Position numbers and translations under genes: made by a program. The notes beneath the pieces are model-generated. The model was not told the DNA's origin. It saw only the letters and a list, made by a program, of their open reading frames with translations, and made no database searches. DNA of 64,000 nucleotides, from the NCBI GenBank assembly GCA_051294375.1, contig CM119268.1, positions 12,717,770 to 12,781,769 of the forward strand. The letters run 5' to 3'. Positions 13,501 to 28,069 of this stretch are shown piece after piece (position 1 is the first letter of the stretch; each line of letters starts with the position of its first letter). Origin of the DNA: Paraspadella gotoi. Lineage: Eukaryota > Animalia > Chaetognatha.

Positions 13501-14518
13501 ATCCCGCTTTCTGCCCCAAAAACGACTTTTTTTTTCTCCCCCATATTCTCTCTTCGTATGTAAATTGCTTTGCTTTTGTTTTTCAAAAAAAAAAAAAGTG
13601 GGGGCGACAGATGTTTATTCTGTGCGCCCTTTTTTCTCTCGTCCTGTAAAATCAAAACAAACGAATTCCTTTGCGACTCGGAATGTCGGGGAAATCCAGA
13701 CAGACGTATTTAAAATAGCGAAACCATCTTTCTCTATGGAAACGTTGAGATTGCCTGCGATACTTTAGCGGCATTGCTTGCCCAGGTTTTCCCCGCATGG
13801 AAATAATCCCGCTGGCTCATTGAAAAAAGCCATTATTACATGAACGCTTGGTACGGGTTTAAGCCCAACCACTTGCCTATCCTTCGGGAAGCGTCAACCG
13901 TAACCGCCTTTGGGGCGTGAAAAACCCTCCAGCCGGGTTCCCCGGAGGTTAAATAATGGCGGATAGTCATCTTCAGCCCACTTAGAGCCTAATCCCGCTG
14001 GCGTTCTCCCGGAGTACTAAGACTAAGTTGATAGTTAACCTTTTTTCGCGCGTTTTTGGAAAAATATAAAGGGTAGAGGGCGCGAGGAGTCAATGGTATT
14101 AAGATAGGAAAATAAGAGAGAGAGGACCATGGGGATGACGATGAGAGAGGAGAGAGAGAGAGAAAAAAGAGAGAGAGAGAGAGAAGAGAGAGTGGGCGAT
14201 GAGAGAGAGAGAAAAAAAAATTCTGAAACCGGACGATTTTTTAATCAACTTGTTTTGCAAAATGTTAAAGATTCAGTAAAATCTTTGAGCAACTTATTCT
14301 TCCCTCTTGACCACTACTTATTTGTCCCTAAAAGCGAACCACCCCTTTGATACTTCTGGTTAAACTTTCTCATCTTGCCCCTTCTCTCTAAAGCTCTAAA
14401 CGTTGACCTCCCTTTCATTAATAACTATGAAAATGTTTTCCCCCTCTCTTCTGCTTATTGTCACGCTTGTCCATCTCCTTGTTCACGCATTTCCTCTCAC
14501 TAAAACCTCTCTCTCTCA

Positions 14519-14549
<31 letters not shown>

Positions 14550-14848
14550 GTCTCTCTCTCTGCTCTCTCTCTCTCTCTCGTTCGTTCGTTCTCACCATCT
14601 CTCGATTTCGCGAATAAAATCTTCATGTAGTTTTTATGTCGGGGAAAAGATTTTTTTTTTCCTCTCCGCTCAATCGTTCTTCGCCGAGAAATTTTCGAAT
14701 CTTTATCATCCGGGCTCCAACGCGATGTGCCGCGGCGAAGGAGGGGTGTTCTTCATTCTTCAATCTCATTTGCATATGCAGTTGCGTCATTAATCACCGA
14801 TTATTAAAAATCTGCGGGAAGAGAGAGAGAAAAGAGGAGAGAGAGAGA

Positions 14849-14899
<51 letters not shown>

Positions 14900-15795
14900 T
14901 CGCCCTCCCCCTTGCGACTCTAGTCTTTTTTTTTTCTTTTCGTTCTTTCATTTTCTTCTTTTTTTTTTTTTTTGAGGAGGGAAATCGAAACGACTCCCCG
15001 AGAGACAAAAAGATACTTTTGGGAAAACTCTCGCTGACTCGTGTTCGACCTTCATATCTTAGCATTTTGAGAAACGAGATTTAAAATTTTTACCTCCTGA
15101 TTATTAAAATAATTCGTTGCTCTTAGTCTTACATTTAAAACTACTGTTTAATAACTGTAATTCTTAAGTAATTTGTTAAGCGTCGACCGACTTCGCGCAG
15201 AGAATTGAGTACAAACAATAACGATGAAACGATTCACAATTTCTTCTTCCCTTTCCTTCCCCTTTTTTTTCTTCCTTTTTTTCTCCGCCTCATTCCCACT
15301 TTTTTTCGTCCCTTCCACATCCCACCGCCAATTCTTCCACCCATTCCCCCCCCTTCTCCACATTCCCCCTCTCACCCCTTCCAGAATCCGCCCCTTGCTT
15401 CAACGGACTCTGCAACCGTCTCACCGTCGTTCTCGCCATCTTCCTCGTCCTTTGCGTCAGCGTCATCGTCGCCATGGTGACGCTCTACTTCGAGGAGGGC
15501 TGCGTGGGCAACGGGTTTCGCGGAGGAGGGGTTGGGGCGGCGGCGGAGACTGGAGCGGAGGTGGGGGCGGAAGCGGGAGGCGGAGAAGTCGGGTTGGTGG
15601 CGAGATCGGAAGGCGGCGGCGCCGAAGGGGAAACTAAGGTGAGTAAGATCGTTGTTGTCGTTGTTGTCGTTATCCTTTTTATCGTCTTCGTCGTCGATGT
15701 TGTTTTTAGTCGTCGTCGTCGTCTTCGTTGTCCCATCGAGTTCCTCGTAATGGTGGTCCGAACGACTCTCATTGCAATCGTCAACCTCCCTTCCC
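7527..15795 (+). repeat. Block copy B of a triplicated ~7-9 kb segment
   Basis: Appears identical to the block starting at 15821 (offset 8294; the ORF track repeats exactly) until ~15036/23330. From 10104 on it matches 1..~6090 with many 1-nt indels. Flanked by 25-N gaps. Confidence 0.95.
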
Positions 15796-15820
15796 NNNNN
15801 NNNNNNNNNNNNNNNNNNNN

Positions 15821-18800
15821 ATCAAGAAACGAGACGGTGGAGATCGAAACGAGAATTTTTTCTGGCGAAAAAAAAATATTAAAAAAATAATGGAATTCGT
15901 CTTTTCTAGAACGAAGGGAAATTAGGAAGGGAAACGGGGAAGACGAAATGTCTGAGCCTCTGATACGAAAACGATTGACGGGAAAGATTCCAGATTCTTA
16001 GAAGCTGGAGTTGGGGGGGGGGAAAGGAGGCGGAGAGGGGGTGTGGCTGGTTCAGTTGTTTGGCATCCAAGCTGTTAGTGAATTTTCTGAGCGAATCAGT
16101 TATCGTCATTATTTTCGCTTTTTCTAAATTTCTAACTATTTCCTATCCTTTTCTTATGGAAAGTAAAAACCTGGGATCCAGTAAAAAGTCCTATTCACAT
16201 TAGTTCTGTACTCCACAACAAATCACTTTTATCGCAAAAACAAATTATCGTGCTTCGATCGATTTTTTTTTTTTCGTTCATTCGAAAAAAAAATGCGGGT
16301 AGAAAAAAAAATCGTGAAAATTAAAAGTGAATGTTAAGCAAATGAACCAAAACGTGGCCATTAATAAGGGAGCGCGCGAAATCCGTAAATGAACGGGGGA
16401 ACGGACCGCGTCACGTCAATGGCTCCCATTAAATTGGCCCCACGTCAACGCCTCCAATGACGCGGGAGAATCCATCGAGTATTGATTGACGTTAAAAAAA
16501 ATAAATTCAATCAATAGCTAAACGAGGAGTTGATGTTTTGACTCAGAACGGGCGAGGATAAATTTCTTACTTTTTTTTTCCTATGTATATAACTTCGACA
16601 AAAATTATTCGACGGCAGGAAAAAAAAGAAAAAAATTGATAAGAAACTGGAGCCTTCGCTCCATCGAAGACATGGGGCGGAAAGAGAGCGATAGAGAAGG
16701 AAATAGCTGAGGGGGGCGGAAGAGTTTGACTTTTAAAATGAAATGTCAAAGCCGTTCCTGTTTTTCCAACCGAACTCCTATTTTGCTTTATTTCTCTCGC
16801 TTTTATCGTCGCACGCATCTCTCTCTTCTCTTCTCTCTTCTCTCTCTCTCTCTCGTTGCTTCCAGATGTTTTACCTTTGATGTTTTTTTAAAAATTCTTT
16901 CGTGGTTATTATTCGCTTCGCTTCCTCCGCCTCCCCCCCCCCCCGCTTTTTGTGCTTCTCGTCAACATGTGTTCGTCTGTTATTTATGAGATTCACAAAT
17001 TGGAGCGAAGAACAAAGATGTGCCCCACGAGAGACAAAAAAAAAAAAGTTTGGGACGTTTAAGACCACCGAGGACGATGGTGCCGGGGAAAGGAGATAAC
17101 GGGCGGAGATAACGGAAAGCGAAAGAGAATGAAATCTCGTTTTTAGGACTTTCTGTTTCAGTTTGGCAAATGTTGACGTTGCCCGTTACATTCTAATATC
17201 ATGTTGCGAGGAGTAGGTCGACTGGCTATTTGTATTTGTATTTGATTAAGGAAGGAACTTTTGAAGCAACCAAGAATGAGATTGAGTTCATCAATCTCAT
17301 TTGCATATTGTCGTGTTGACATTGATTTGTCCTAAATTCTTTCCTGGTGTCATTTCATGGTCTCATTTCACTTTGTCAAAGTGTAGCAATTGCTGATAAT
17401 TATTATTAATTGTTGTTCAACAAGTAAGTTAATTGCCATATTTAATTAGGAATACTACTAGAGCTAAGTATACTGTTATTTTAGGACCATTTTAGCTCCC
17501 TTACAGACAAAAAACCAGGACTTTGCACAAAATTTCTTTTCTTTTCGCGATTATTCGTCTCAATTTCTTCATCCGATTCTCGTCTCTCTGTAACTCTTCT
17601 CGACAAAAAAAATTTAAGTGACGCCCTCAAGTTAAGTGAGGGCGACTCAACCAGCTGGCCGGAATAGCGAACTTGGAAGAGCTTGGGTTCATAAGATCGA
17701 ATTATACGAAGTGAGAGGATTCCATGATGATTTTCAAAAAAAAAAAAACAATCGGATAACGATTACTAATCGATTTAATTGTAATGGTAATCTCGTGCCG
17801 TCAACCGTTATAACTCCATTTCCTATTGTTTTATTTCAATTTTTAATCATTTTCCTCCCATCAATTATTTTCTTTTATTTATTTTTCACTGTCATGATAA
17901 AAAAAAACACAGTTTATAATTATTCTCAATTCTCGGAAATTTCTAGCACGATTTCAGTTGAAAAAAATCAATTTAATAAAACTCCTCGGAATAAAAAATA
18001 AAGGAGAACAACTCCCTTTTTCTCTCCCTCTCTCATGAGACAATATCTCGCTCTCTCTCCGCTTTCTTTGTCTCTCACTCACTCTCTCTCGCTCTCTCTT
18101 GGTCTCTCTCTTCTCTATCTCGCCGCGACGCGAGAAGATTAAAGATTAAAATGAAAAAGTGATCCTTTGAAAGCGAAGGAAAAATCATCAGGCCGACGGA
18201 TTCCCATCAACATTGGCGGACGACGAGTACGACGGCGACGACGACGGCGACGACGACATCCTCGACAACAACTTCCGCTTCGCCCGCCAGATGACCACTA
18301 AACACGCGAGACAGAGAGCGCGGCATTAGAGACAGTGACGAAGAATCCGTTCCACTCCCCCCCCCCTCCCGTCCCCTCATTTTCACGCTCCCTTCGCGCC
18401 TTTCACCGCGCGTTCCATGCGCACACGTGAGAAAACGCGAAACGATAAACGAGTCCTCGGTATAAAAATCACAAAGAACACAGTCTCTGTTATCTGGCCT
18501 ATAAAAAAAAATTTTTAAAAACACACCAAATGAACAACGCGACGAAAATCGCCGTCCCAAAACAAAGGAGAAAGTTCTGGGGCGGCCGCGAAAGGGTCAG
18601 ACTAAGCGGCGGCGGCTGCGGCGACAATGAGCGAGTCGAAATGTCGTCTACGACTAACGACAACAGATTCGATACGACGACGAAATTTGGTTTCAAATCG
18701 AAAAGCGGGAGATGAGGTCTATGAGGATTACGAAAACTCAAGCTCAAGGTGAGGCTGAAGGAGAACGAGGGGTGAGGCTGAAGGAGACCGAGGGGTGAGA

Positions 18801-21800
18801 CTGAAGGAGAACGAGGGTGAGGCTGAAGTAGAACGAGGGTGAGGCTGAAGGAGAACTAGGGTAGTGAGGCCAAAGTATGACGAGTTTGTAGAAGATTTTG
18901 ATCTCAGGAGAGAAAAAAAGCTGCTGTTGAAGGATGAGGAAGTTAAGATCGGGCAACTACCAGAGTTAAGACTTTGAGTTCTTTTAAAAGGCTGTGTAAA
19001 AAATAAGGTGAGGTCATGAAAATAAGGTAAGGTAACAAAAAAGGGTGAGTAAAGAATGTAAAACGTGAAGCCGAGGAAAAAAAAAAGAGAAATATTGAAT
19101 GGGAACCAAAAAAAAGTTGCCTCGGGGAAATGGAATAATAGAAACAAGAATGTACGGATTCTACGTACATGTGAGGGGAAAAAGAGGAGAGATAATCTGT
19201 AATCTGAAAAAGAGAGTTGAGGGATCGTTGACTGTTTTCCGATTTTAAGGTAGAGAGAGGGGGTTGGAGGGAAACGAAAAAAAAGACAATTATCGGTCAT
19301 CAATGTGTGCGCCTCAGTGTCTTCTTAGCTCGTATATTTATAACACGCACTGATCGGAATTCTATCTTTTATTCTTATATTAGGATTTCCTGAAGGCGGC
19401 GCTCGCAGACACTTAGATTTGAGATTTTTTTCCTGTCTTAACAAATGAGCACCAATTATAGGAGAGTGACGAGCCTTTTTAACGTAAGTAGGACAGACGG
19501 ACAGACCTGCCGCCCGACCGACTGAACGACAGACCGACCAAAAAATAACTTTCAGAGTTCTTCCGCGAGTACTCGCGGCGCCACTAAAAAATAGGATAAG
19601 GATGAAAAAAAAAAGAGAGGTGTCAGGAGTGTTCGAGGAGAGGCGACTTTTCGAGAACCTTGACAGGAAGTCATCCAGAGTCAAAGAGTTGAGGACAACC
19701 AGGTCGCTTCGTCCCCCCCCCCCAGCAGGTTCAAGATATGGGGCAGACTCGATTTTCGAAGTCGAGGAGGGGGGGGGAAATGAGGAGAGAGAAAAAAAAT
19801 AAAGAAGAGAAAAAAAGGGAAAAAAAAAAATTCGTTTCTCTTCTCCGTCGGAACCGGAATGGAAAGACTCTGTGAGGGGGGGGCGCGAGGGTGTGTTGAG
19901 GGGGGGTACCGAGGCAGTGGGAGGGAGAAGGTGTGGGGGCGGAATCTGGGGAGGAGAAGCGGGAGACCACAACGAAAAGAAACTCCAATTAACGTTTGTG
20001 TAATGAAGTGAGAGAGAGAGAGAGAAAGAGCGGGAGAGAGAGAGAGAAGAGAAAACCATTTTTTGTTTATTGCTTTGTTTTTTTGAAAAGGGGTCTTCTA
20101 ATATTAGAAAGACGAATTGAAAATAGGAGGGAAAAGCTGGTGAGAGAGAGACAAAAAGAGTGAGAAAAAAAAGAAAGAAAAAAGGAAGAAAGAGGAAATA
20201 AAAGAATGAAGGGAAAAAAAGAATGAGGAAATAAAAGAATGAGGAAATTGAAATATACGAAATACTATATATTCTGATCTATTTTTTTTCCCCAATATTA
20301 AATTAAATTAAAAAGCCCACAAGATAGATTTATATTTTTTTAAATGAATGACGGTCTCTCGAAAAATTTCGATTCAACTGACAAGAAGAGCAGCTATTAA
20401 GAGTGGAATGACCAGTGACCATGCTACAGAAATTCTCTAAGAAAGAACGGATTTCGATATTTTTTCGTTTTTGTTGTTTTTTTTTTTTTGTTTGTTTTTT
20501 TTTTGGTTTTTTTTTTGTTTTATGGCGAATCAAAGGAAAGAAAAAAGATTTATATTACTTATTATAAGTAGAATTATTGAAAAGGCTTTTCTTATTTAAG
20601 CTTAAAATAGTGTATTACGTAAATATTTTCTTCAATTCACCGTTTCCAATGAGCCGAGATTTTGTCTTTTTGCGAATAAATACAAACCGTCAAAACGGTT
20701 AATAGAAACGTTCCTGTTCATTTGTTTTTTTTTCTTCTGCCCAAATATTCGTCGATCAGGATTTGGGAAACAGCAGCTGCGCCCTCGGAATATCGCCGCA
20801 CATTGGGTCTCCGATTTCCGGAGTTCATGGTGGCGATGGGACGCCTCTGCATCACCATCACTATCGGTAAGGAAATCAGGATGGAGTTGGAAGGGGAAAG
20901 CTGTGGAAAGAGTTGGTCCCGGATCATCTTAATATTTATAAACGATATTCAATTGATTAAAAACATTTTTATGACATTTTTCAGGCTGTGCACAGCGCGA
21001 TTCGATGACTGTGATTCAGAGAAAATGACTCACAGCATCACAGATCGGAAAAAGAGAGTAAAAAAACAGGTGCAGCATCGAGATGTTTTCAATTTATATA
21101 TATCTTTCGGGGTCAGCTTGTCCAGAATATCGCCTTTCTCATTCATGAAACCATTCGATAAAGATATATTAAAAAATAACAAAAAAATTGTAAATAAAAA
21201 ATGTCATTGATAATTTGTCTTTTATAAAGAATCCGAATCGATAAGGTGATATTTTTGTTGGTTTTTTGTTGGTTTTTTTTTTTTTTTGTTTTTGTTTTGT
21301 TTTCATTTGTGATATGAAAAATTGTGTTGAGTCTCGGGCATTTTCTCTTTTTTTTTGGTTCCCAATGGAGATAAAGTGAACTTTGCCGGAAGTCGAGAGA
21401 CGCTCCAGGTTCACTTTTGCATTTTAAATGTTAATAAATATAAATAAAAACAACATAAAACTATTTTTGACTGTTTTGCTTAAATTTTCCCCGTTTTTTC
21501 TTTTAATTGATTTTTTCGAATTGTCAACTTATTGGTTATTGAATTCTTAATCTACTTTATTATTCGTTTTTTATTGTTATCGATTTCTAAAAAATACTAA
21601 TATTTTCGACTATTATAACGGATTGCTAAAGAAAAGGTTTTAAGTTCTAAATCTAATCAGGTGATTTTCTTTCCTAACGAAAGAATAAACATTCTTTTAC
21701 GATGAGAAAAATATAAAATGTTTTCTGTCATTAAAATCCAAAAAGTACGATTAGAAATCCGAGATTTTTTTCTTTTCATTTTCCTTTTCTGAATATCCCG

Positions 21801-22812
21801 CTTTCTGCCCCAAAAACGACTTTTTTTTTCTCCCCCATATTCTCTCTTCGTATGTAAATTGCTTTGCTTTTGTTTTTCAAAAAAAAAAAAAGTGGGGGCG
21901 ACAGATGTTTATTCTGTGCGCCCTTTTTTCTCTCGTCCTGTAAAATCAAAACAAACGAATTCCTTTGCGACTCGGAATGTCGGGGAAATCCAGACAGACG
22001 TATTTAAAATAGCGAAACCATCTTTCTCTATGGAAACGTTGAGATTGCCTGCGATACTTTAGCGGCATTGCTTGCCCAGGTTTTCCCCGCATGGAAATAA
22101 TCCCGCTGGCTCATTGAAAAAAGCCATTATTACATGAACGCTTGGTACGGGTTTAAGCCCAACCACTTGCCTATCCTTCGGGAAGCGTCAACCGTAACCG
22201 CCTTTGGGGCGTGAAAAACCCTCCAGCCGGGTTCCCCGGAGGTTAAATAATGGCGGATAGTCATCTTCAGCCCACTTAGAGCCTAATCCCGCTGGCGTTC
22301 TCCCGGAGTACTAAGACTAAGTTGATAGTTAACCTTTTTTCGCGCGTTTTTGGAAAAATATAAAGGGTAGAGGGCGCGAGGAGTCAATGGTATTAAGATA
22401 GGAAAATAAGAGAGAGAGGACCATGGGGATGACGATGAGAGAGGAGAGAGAGAGAGAAAAAAGAGAGAGAGAGAGAGAAGAGAGAGTGGGCGATGAGAGA
22501 GAGAGAAAAAAAAATTCTGAAACCGGACGATTTTTTAATCAACTTGTTTTGCAAAATGTTAAAGATTCAGTAAAATCTTTGAGCAACTTATTCTTCCCTC
22601 TTGACCACTACTTATTTGTCCCTAAAAGCGAACCACCCCTTTGATACTTCTGGTTAAACTTTCTCATCTTGCCCCTTCTCTCTAAAGCTCTAAACGTTGA
22701 CCTCCCTTTCATTAATAACTATGAAAATGTTTTCCCCCTCTCTTCTGCTTATTGTCACGCTTGTCCATCTCCTTGTTCACGCATTTCCTCTCACTAAAAC
22801 CTCTCTCTCTCA

Positions 22813-22843
<31 letters not shown>

Positions 22844-23142
22844 GTCTCTCTCTCTGCTCTCTCTCTCTCTCTCGTTCGTTCGTTCTCACCATCTCTCGAT
22901 TTCGCGAATAAAATCTTCATGTAGTTTTTATGTCGGGGAAAAGATTTTTTTTTTCCTCTCCGCTCAATCGTTCTTCGCCGAGAAATTTTCGAATCTTTAT
23001 CATCCGGGCTCCAACGCGATGTGCCGCGGCGAAGGAGGGGTGTTCTTCATTCTTCAATCTCATTTGCATATGCAGTTGCGTCATTAATCACCGATTATTA
23101 AAAATCTGCGGGAAGAGAGAGAGAAAAGAGGAGAGAGAGAGA

Positions 23143-23193
<51 letters not shown>

Positions 23194-24380
23194 TCGCCCT
23201 CCCCCTTGCGACTCTAGTCTTTTTTTTTTCTTTTCGTTCTTTCATTTTCTTCTTTTTTTTTTTTTTTGAGGAGGGAAATCGAAACGACTCCCCGAGAGAC
23301 AAAAGATACTTTTGGGAAAACTCTCGCTGAACTCGATGTTCGACCTTCGATATCTTAGCATTTTGAGAACGAGATTTAAAATTTTTACCTCCTGATTATT
23401 ATAATAATTCGTGCTCTTAGGTCTTTACATTAAAAACTACTGTTTAATAACTGGTAATTCTTAAGTAATTGTAAGCGTCGACCGGACTGTCGGCGCAGAG
23501 AATTGAAGTACAAACAATTAACGATGAAACGATTCACATTTTCTTCTTCCCTTTCCCTCCCACCTTTTTTTTTTCTTCCTTTTTTCTCCGCCCCATTCCC
23601 ACTTTTTTTCGTCCCTTCCACATCCCACGCCAATTTGTCCACCCATTCCCCCCCTCTTCCACATTCCCCCCTCTCACCCCTTCCAGGAATCCGCCCCTTG
23701 CTCTTAACGGACTCTGCAAACCGTCGCACCGTCGTTCTCGCCATCTTTCCTCGTCTTTGCCGTCAGCGTCATCGTCGCCATGGTGACGCTCTACTTTCAG
23801 AGGGCTGCGTGGCAACGGGTTTCGCGGAGGAGAGGTTGGGGCGGCGGCGGAGACTGAGAGCGGAGGGTGGGGCGGAAACGGAGGCGGGAGAGCTCGGTTG
23901 GTTGGCGGCAGATCGGAAGCGGCGGCCCCCGCCGAAGCGGGAAAAACTAAGGTGGAGAAGGTCGTTGTTGTCGTTGTTGTTCGTTATCCTTTTTATCGTC
24001 TTTCGTCGTCGAGGTTGTTTTTATCGTCGTCGTCGTCTTCGTGTCCCATCGAGTTGCTCGTAATGGTGGTCGAACGACTCTCATTGCAGATTCGTCAACC
24101 TCCCTTCCCCCCCCTCTACTCCCCCCCTCTTATTTTCGAATTCGCCAAGAAGTTCAGCGAATAAAAACGAGACATATTGAAGTCGGGCGACCGCGGTGGG
24201 TTAGACGACCCGGTTTTAAAGCTGGAGCGATGCTATGACTCTTACCAAGTCTTCCAATATCTTCGGGTGTGTGTCGTCTCGTTCATCGTCGTTGTCGTCT
24301 TCCTCATCTTCGACGTTCTCGTTCGTTCGCTTGGCACCTTGATATCCCTCCCATCTATTTTCATCACTTGAGCCATCGCT

Positions 24381-24419
<39 letters not shown>

Positions 24420-24889
24420 TTCTCATTAGAATAAACGTAGATTTTATCTCAAAGGCTTCCGTTATTCCTCTTCGTTCGCTTGGTGCGTTATTACTCATCG
24501 GTTGTTTATTGGTTACTCGCTGGTTATTTAATCGTGAAAAGTGAAATCTCGATCGTGTTTCTTTATAAAAAAAAGTAAAGAAGGGCACTCTATTAATAAT
24601 GTATTGGGATATAATTGAAATTGCGTTACAAACAAAGTCTTAACCTTCGTATATTGAGATCATGCTTCATCTTGTCAAATTTTCGTTTATGAAACTGACT
24701 CTTTGTATTTTTATTGTTTTATTCCTTTTTTTTTCGATTTCTTTCTTTTCTTTTTCTTTTCCTCTCTTTTTTTTTCTGTCTTCATTTCTCGGCCTCCATC
24801 CTCCTTTCTTCTTTCTTCTTGATCTGACCTTTCCCTCCAATCTGCACGGAGTCACTGGCACAATATGGTCATAAATATGGGTCAGAGTG
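15821..24889 (+). repeat. Block copy C of the triplicated segment
   Basis: Equals copy B to ~23330; ~23785-24330 equals ~5762-6307 (offset 18023). Confidence 0.95.
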
Positions 24890-25518
24890 NNNNNNNNNNN
24901 NNNNNNNNNNNNNNNNNNNNNNNNNNNNNNNNNNNNNNNNNNNNNNNNNNNNNNNNNNNNNNNNNNNNNNNNNNNNNNNNNNNNNNNNNNNNNNNNNNNN
25001 NNNNNNNNNNNNNNNNNNNNNNNNNNNNNNNNNNNNNNNNNNNNNNNNNNNNNNNNNNNNNNNNNNNNNNNNNNNNNNNNNNNNNNNNNNNNNNNNNNNN
25101 NNNNNNNNNNNNNNNNNNNNNNNNNNNNNNNNNNNNNNNNNNNNNNNNNNNNNNNNNNNNNNNNNNNNNNNNNNNNNNNNNNNNNNNNNNNNNNNNNNNN
25201 NNNNNNNNNNNNNNNNNNNNNNNNNNNNNNNNNNNNNNNNNNNNNNNNNNNNNNNNNNNNNNNNNNNNNNNNNNNNNNNNNNNNNNNNNNNNNNNNNNNN
25301 NNNNNNNNNNNNNNNNNNNNNNNNNNNNNNNNNNNNNNNNNNNNNNNNNNNNNNNNNNNNNNNNNNNNNNNNNNNNNNNNNNNNNNNNNNNNNNNNNNNN
25401 NNNNNNNNNNNNNNNNNNNNNNNNNNNNNNNNNNNNNNNNNNNNNNNNNNNNNNNNNNNNNNNNNNNNNNNNNNNNNNNNNNNNNNNNNNNNNNNNNNNN
25501 NNNNNNNNNNNNNNNNNN
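24890..25518. other. Assembly gap (629 N); other gaps at 3862-3886, 7502-7526, 15796-15820, 27185-27194, 32262-32286 and 62744-62759
   Basis: Runs of n; four are exactly 25 N. Confidence 0.99.
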
Positions 25519-28025
25519 AAAAGGAGATAAAGAGAGAAAGTCGGCGAACCGTAATTTTTTCTGTCTTCCCCTGTTCTTCAAATGGGTTCAACATCTAAAG
25601 TCAGAGGTGAAGAAAAATTTAACAAATTAGTAAATTTATATTTCAAACTGTAAAGCGAAAAACTGTGACGGCCGGATTTTTTTTTCAAACTTTTAATGTA
25701 TCAATAGTAATACGTATTCAAAAATCTTCTCGTGAATTTTCCAAGTCTCTTTTCCTTCACTTATGAAGACTTGGCACGTGTCCAGGTGTGTACTACAAGA
25801 TGATCTTTCACACTTCCTTTTAAGTGTGATCTTTTCTTAATTTTTTTTTTTTTTCCTTTCCTTTCCTTTCCTTTCCTTTCCTTTTTTTATTCGTTTTGCT
25901 TTCCATCTTTCCTTGGTTTTTCCCCTTCCTGCTCGATGTAATGATGTTTCGCTCTTTCGAATAAAAAAAAAAATACGAAAATTTTGTAATGATGAAAATA
26001 AAAATCGGATAAAATCAAACCTCAGACACACTGAACTCGATTCGCACAGCCATCCGCTAGACGTAACTAAGTAGTTAATTGATTATTCAGCAATTACGAT
26101 ATGATTTAGGTTTGAAAAAGTTATTTGAGGTTTCTAGGTTTCTAGGTCGTCATCGGTAAATGAAATCTAAAAAAAAAAAATAATAATAGAATTTTCAAGT
26201 TTTTTCCACCGATTTTCTTATTCCCCGGAAGTTTTTCCCCTTACTTCTTGGAGGAATGTGAAAACTCTCTTTTCGAGAAAAAAAAAAAAAAAAGAATGTT
26301 GACGAGTGATGGATTTTCACGCTCGGTCGGAGAGAGTGACGTTTTAGTCGGAACGAAATTCATTCCAAGATTTAATACGTGATTTCATTTTCCAGTGATT
26401 TTATGTGAGAATGATGAAAAGCGACGATTAAGATGCGAATTAATTCTCTTTGATAAATCCTTGTGAACAATCACCGACCAGTGTTACTTAGAAATCGGAA
26501 TAAAGCTAATGATGGGCTAAAGGAAAAGATAAAATCGAAATCTCACTTATGAAAGTTTTATTTTAATCTCTCTCTCTCTCTTTCTCTCTGGTTCCTAAAA
26601 AATAAAAAGAAAAACCTAAACCTCATTTTTCGTTCCGAGGTACATAATTTTTTTAAATTATCTCTCTGCCCTCTTTCTAAATGACAATAAATCGACGGGG
26701 ATAAAGCCTAATAAACCTTAATTTCTAAAATCAAATTAGCGAATTTTTTTTCTCGAAATTCGATGCAGAAAGGTTCATTTGTTTTGGTGTTTTTTGTTTT
26801 ATTTTTCATGCTTTTGGTTTTTTCAATATATCTTGTTCAGTCTCGATATTTTTATCGCTATTGTATCATTGAAAGTTCTTTAGTCAGATAACTTCAAATC
26901 TCGGTGGAAGCGCAGTACGATTCTCAATGTCCTTCTATTACCTTGCCACGCAGTCATTGCCTTGTCCCAGCATGGTAGATTTTTTCCTTCCTCAAAAAAG
27001 GACGACTTTTTTTTTTGCGTAAGAGGAGGTCGACCCCAAAAGGCGTAAACTCTCGGTCGAGGTGAGGCTAGAAATGATTCGGTAGTGACGTAATCGAATT
27101 GGTTTTCGGAGGAAAAACAAGTTTCTTTCCTTCTCACCGGATGAAAAGCCATCGGACCCAACGAGAAATCTCTCTCTCTCTCTCNNNNNNNNNNTCTCTC
27201 TTTTTCTCTCTCTATCTCTTGCTTTCTCTCTCTCACTCTCATTCGTTCTCTCTCTCACTCTTATACTCTCTCTCTCTCTGCTTAAGTCAAACTTAACACA
27301 AACAGCGAAATCCTTTTTTTTTTTCAATTATCATTACAATTGCGAAATCTCCGTCCACCAAGAGACTTTTTCTTCCATTGATTATTCTCCTTCCACGAAA
27401 CGAGTCCTTGCGTTTCTCCTGTTACTCCTCTCTCCTTTCTTAGCTCCCCGACGCCAATGCCGGCTCGCCGCCACCACCGCCTCCTCGAAAATCAGTTGTC
27501 AACGACAAACAAATATCCGAACGCATTCCCTTGTTTGTGGTTCCGCCTTTCGACGTTGGATTTGGTCGCCTCGACGTCTGTTCTTGTTCGCCTTGAAATT
27601 GAGCGCCATGTCACGAAGATTCCATTAATGATTCTTGGTTGATTTTCGCCTCCTCGTTTTATGAAATTGGTACAACCAATATAAAAATTATCCATTCATT
27701 AAATAAATAAGCCATCTTGCCCCTGACTTTGGACAGGCTTTGGTGGTTTTAGGCCTCCATCATTATTTTATTTTCATGGTTGTGATATTTAATTTCACGC
27801 TCTCTCTCTCTCCCTCTCATCTTCTCTCTCTCGTCTCATCTCCCTCTCTCCTCTCTCTCTACTCCCATCTCTATCCGTCTATTTCGTCGTGTCTCGCCAT
27901 CTATATTTGCCCTCTTTTCCATCTCTTTCACATACTTTCTTCTATACTTCATACCGATCCTTCCAACTTTGATGCTCCTTCTGCACTCTCGTTTTAAACT
28001 GAATTGGATCCATGTCTGCTCTCTC

Positions 28026-28056
<31 letters not shown>

Positions 28057-28069
28057 CTCTCCCTCCCTC

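Noticed and set aside
7527-24889. Real recent tandem gene amplification
   Set aside because: Shared indel errors, 25-N junctions and zero-length gaps point to an assembly artefact.
24667-25630. Long ORFs of 221-304 aa
   Set aside because: They run through the N gap.
26888-26975. Possible exon DNFKSRWKRSTILNVLLLPCHAVIALSQH
   Set aside because: Weak splice signals, no recognisable homology, and its end phase does not match the exon at 38861.
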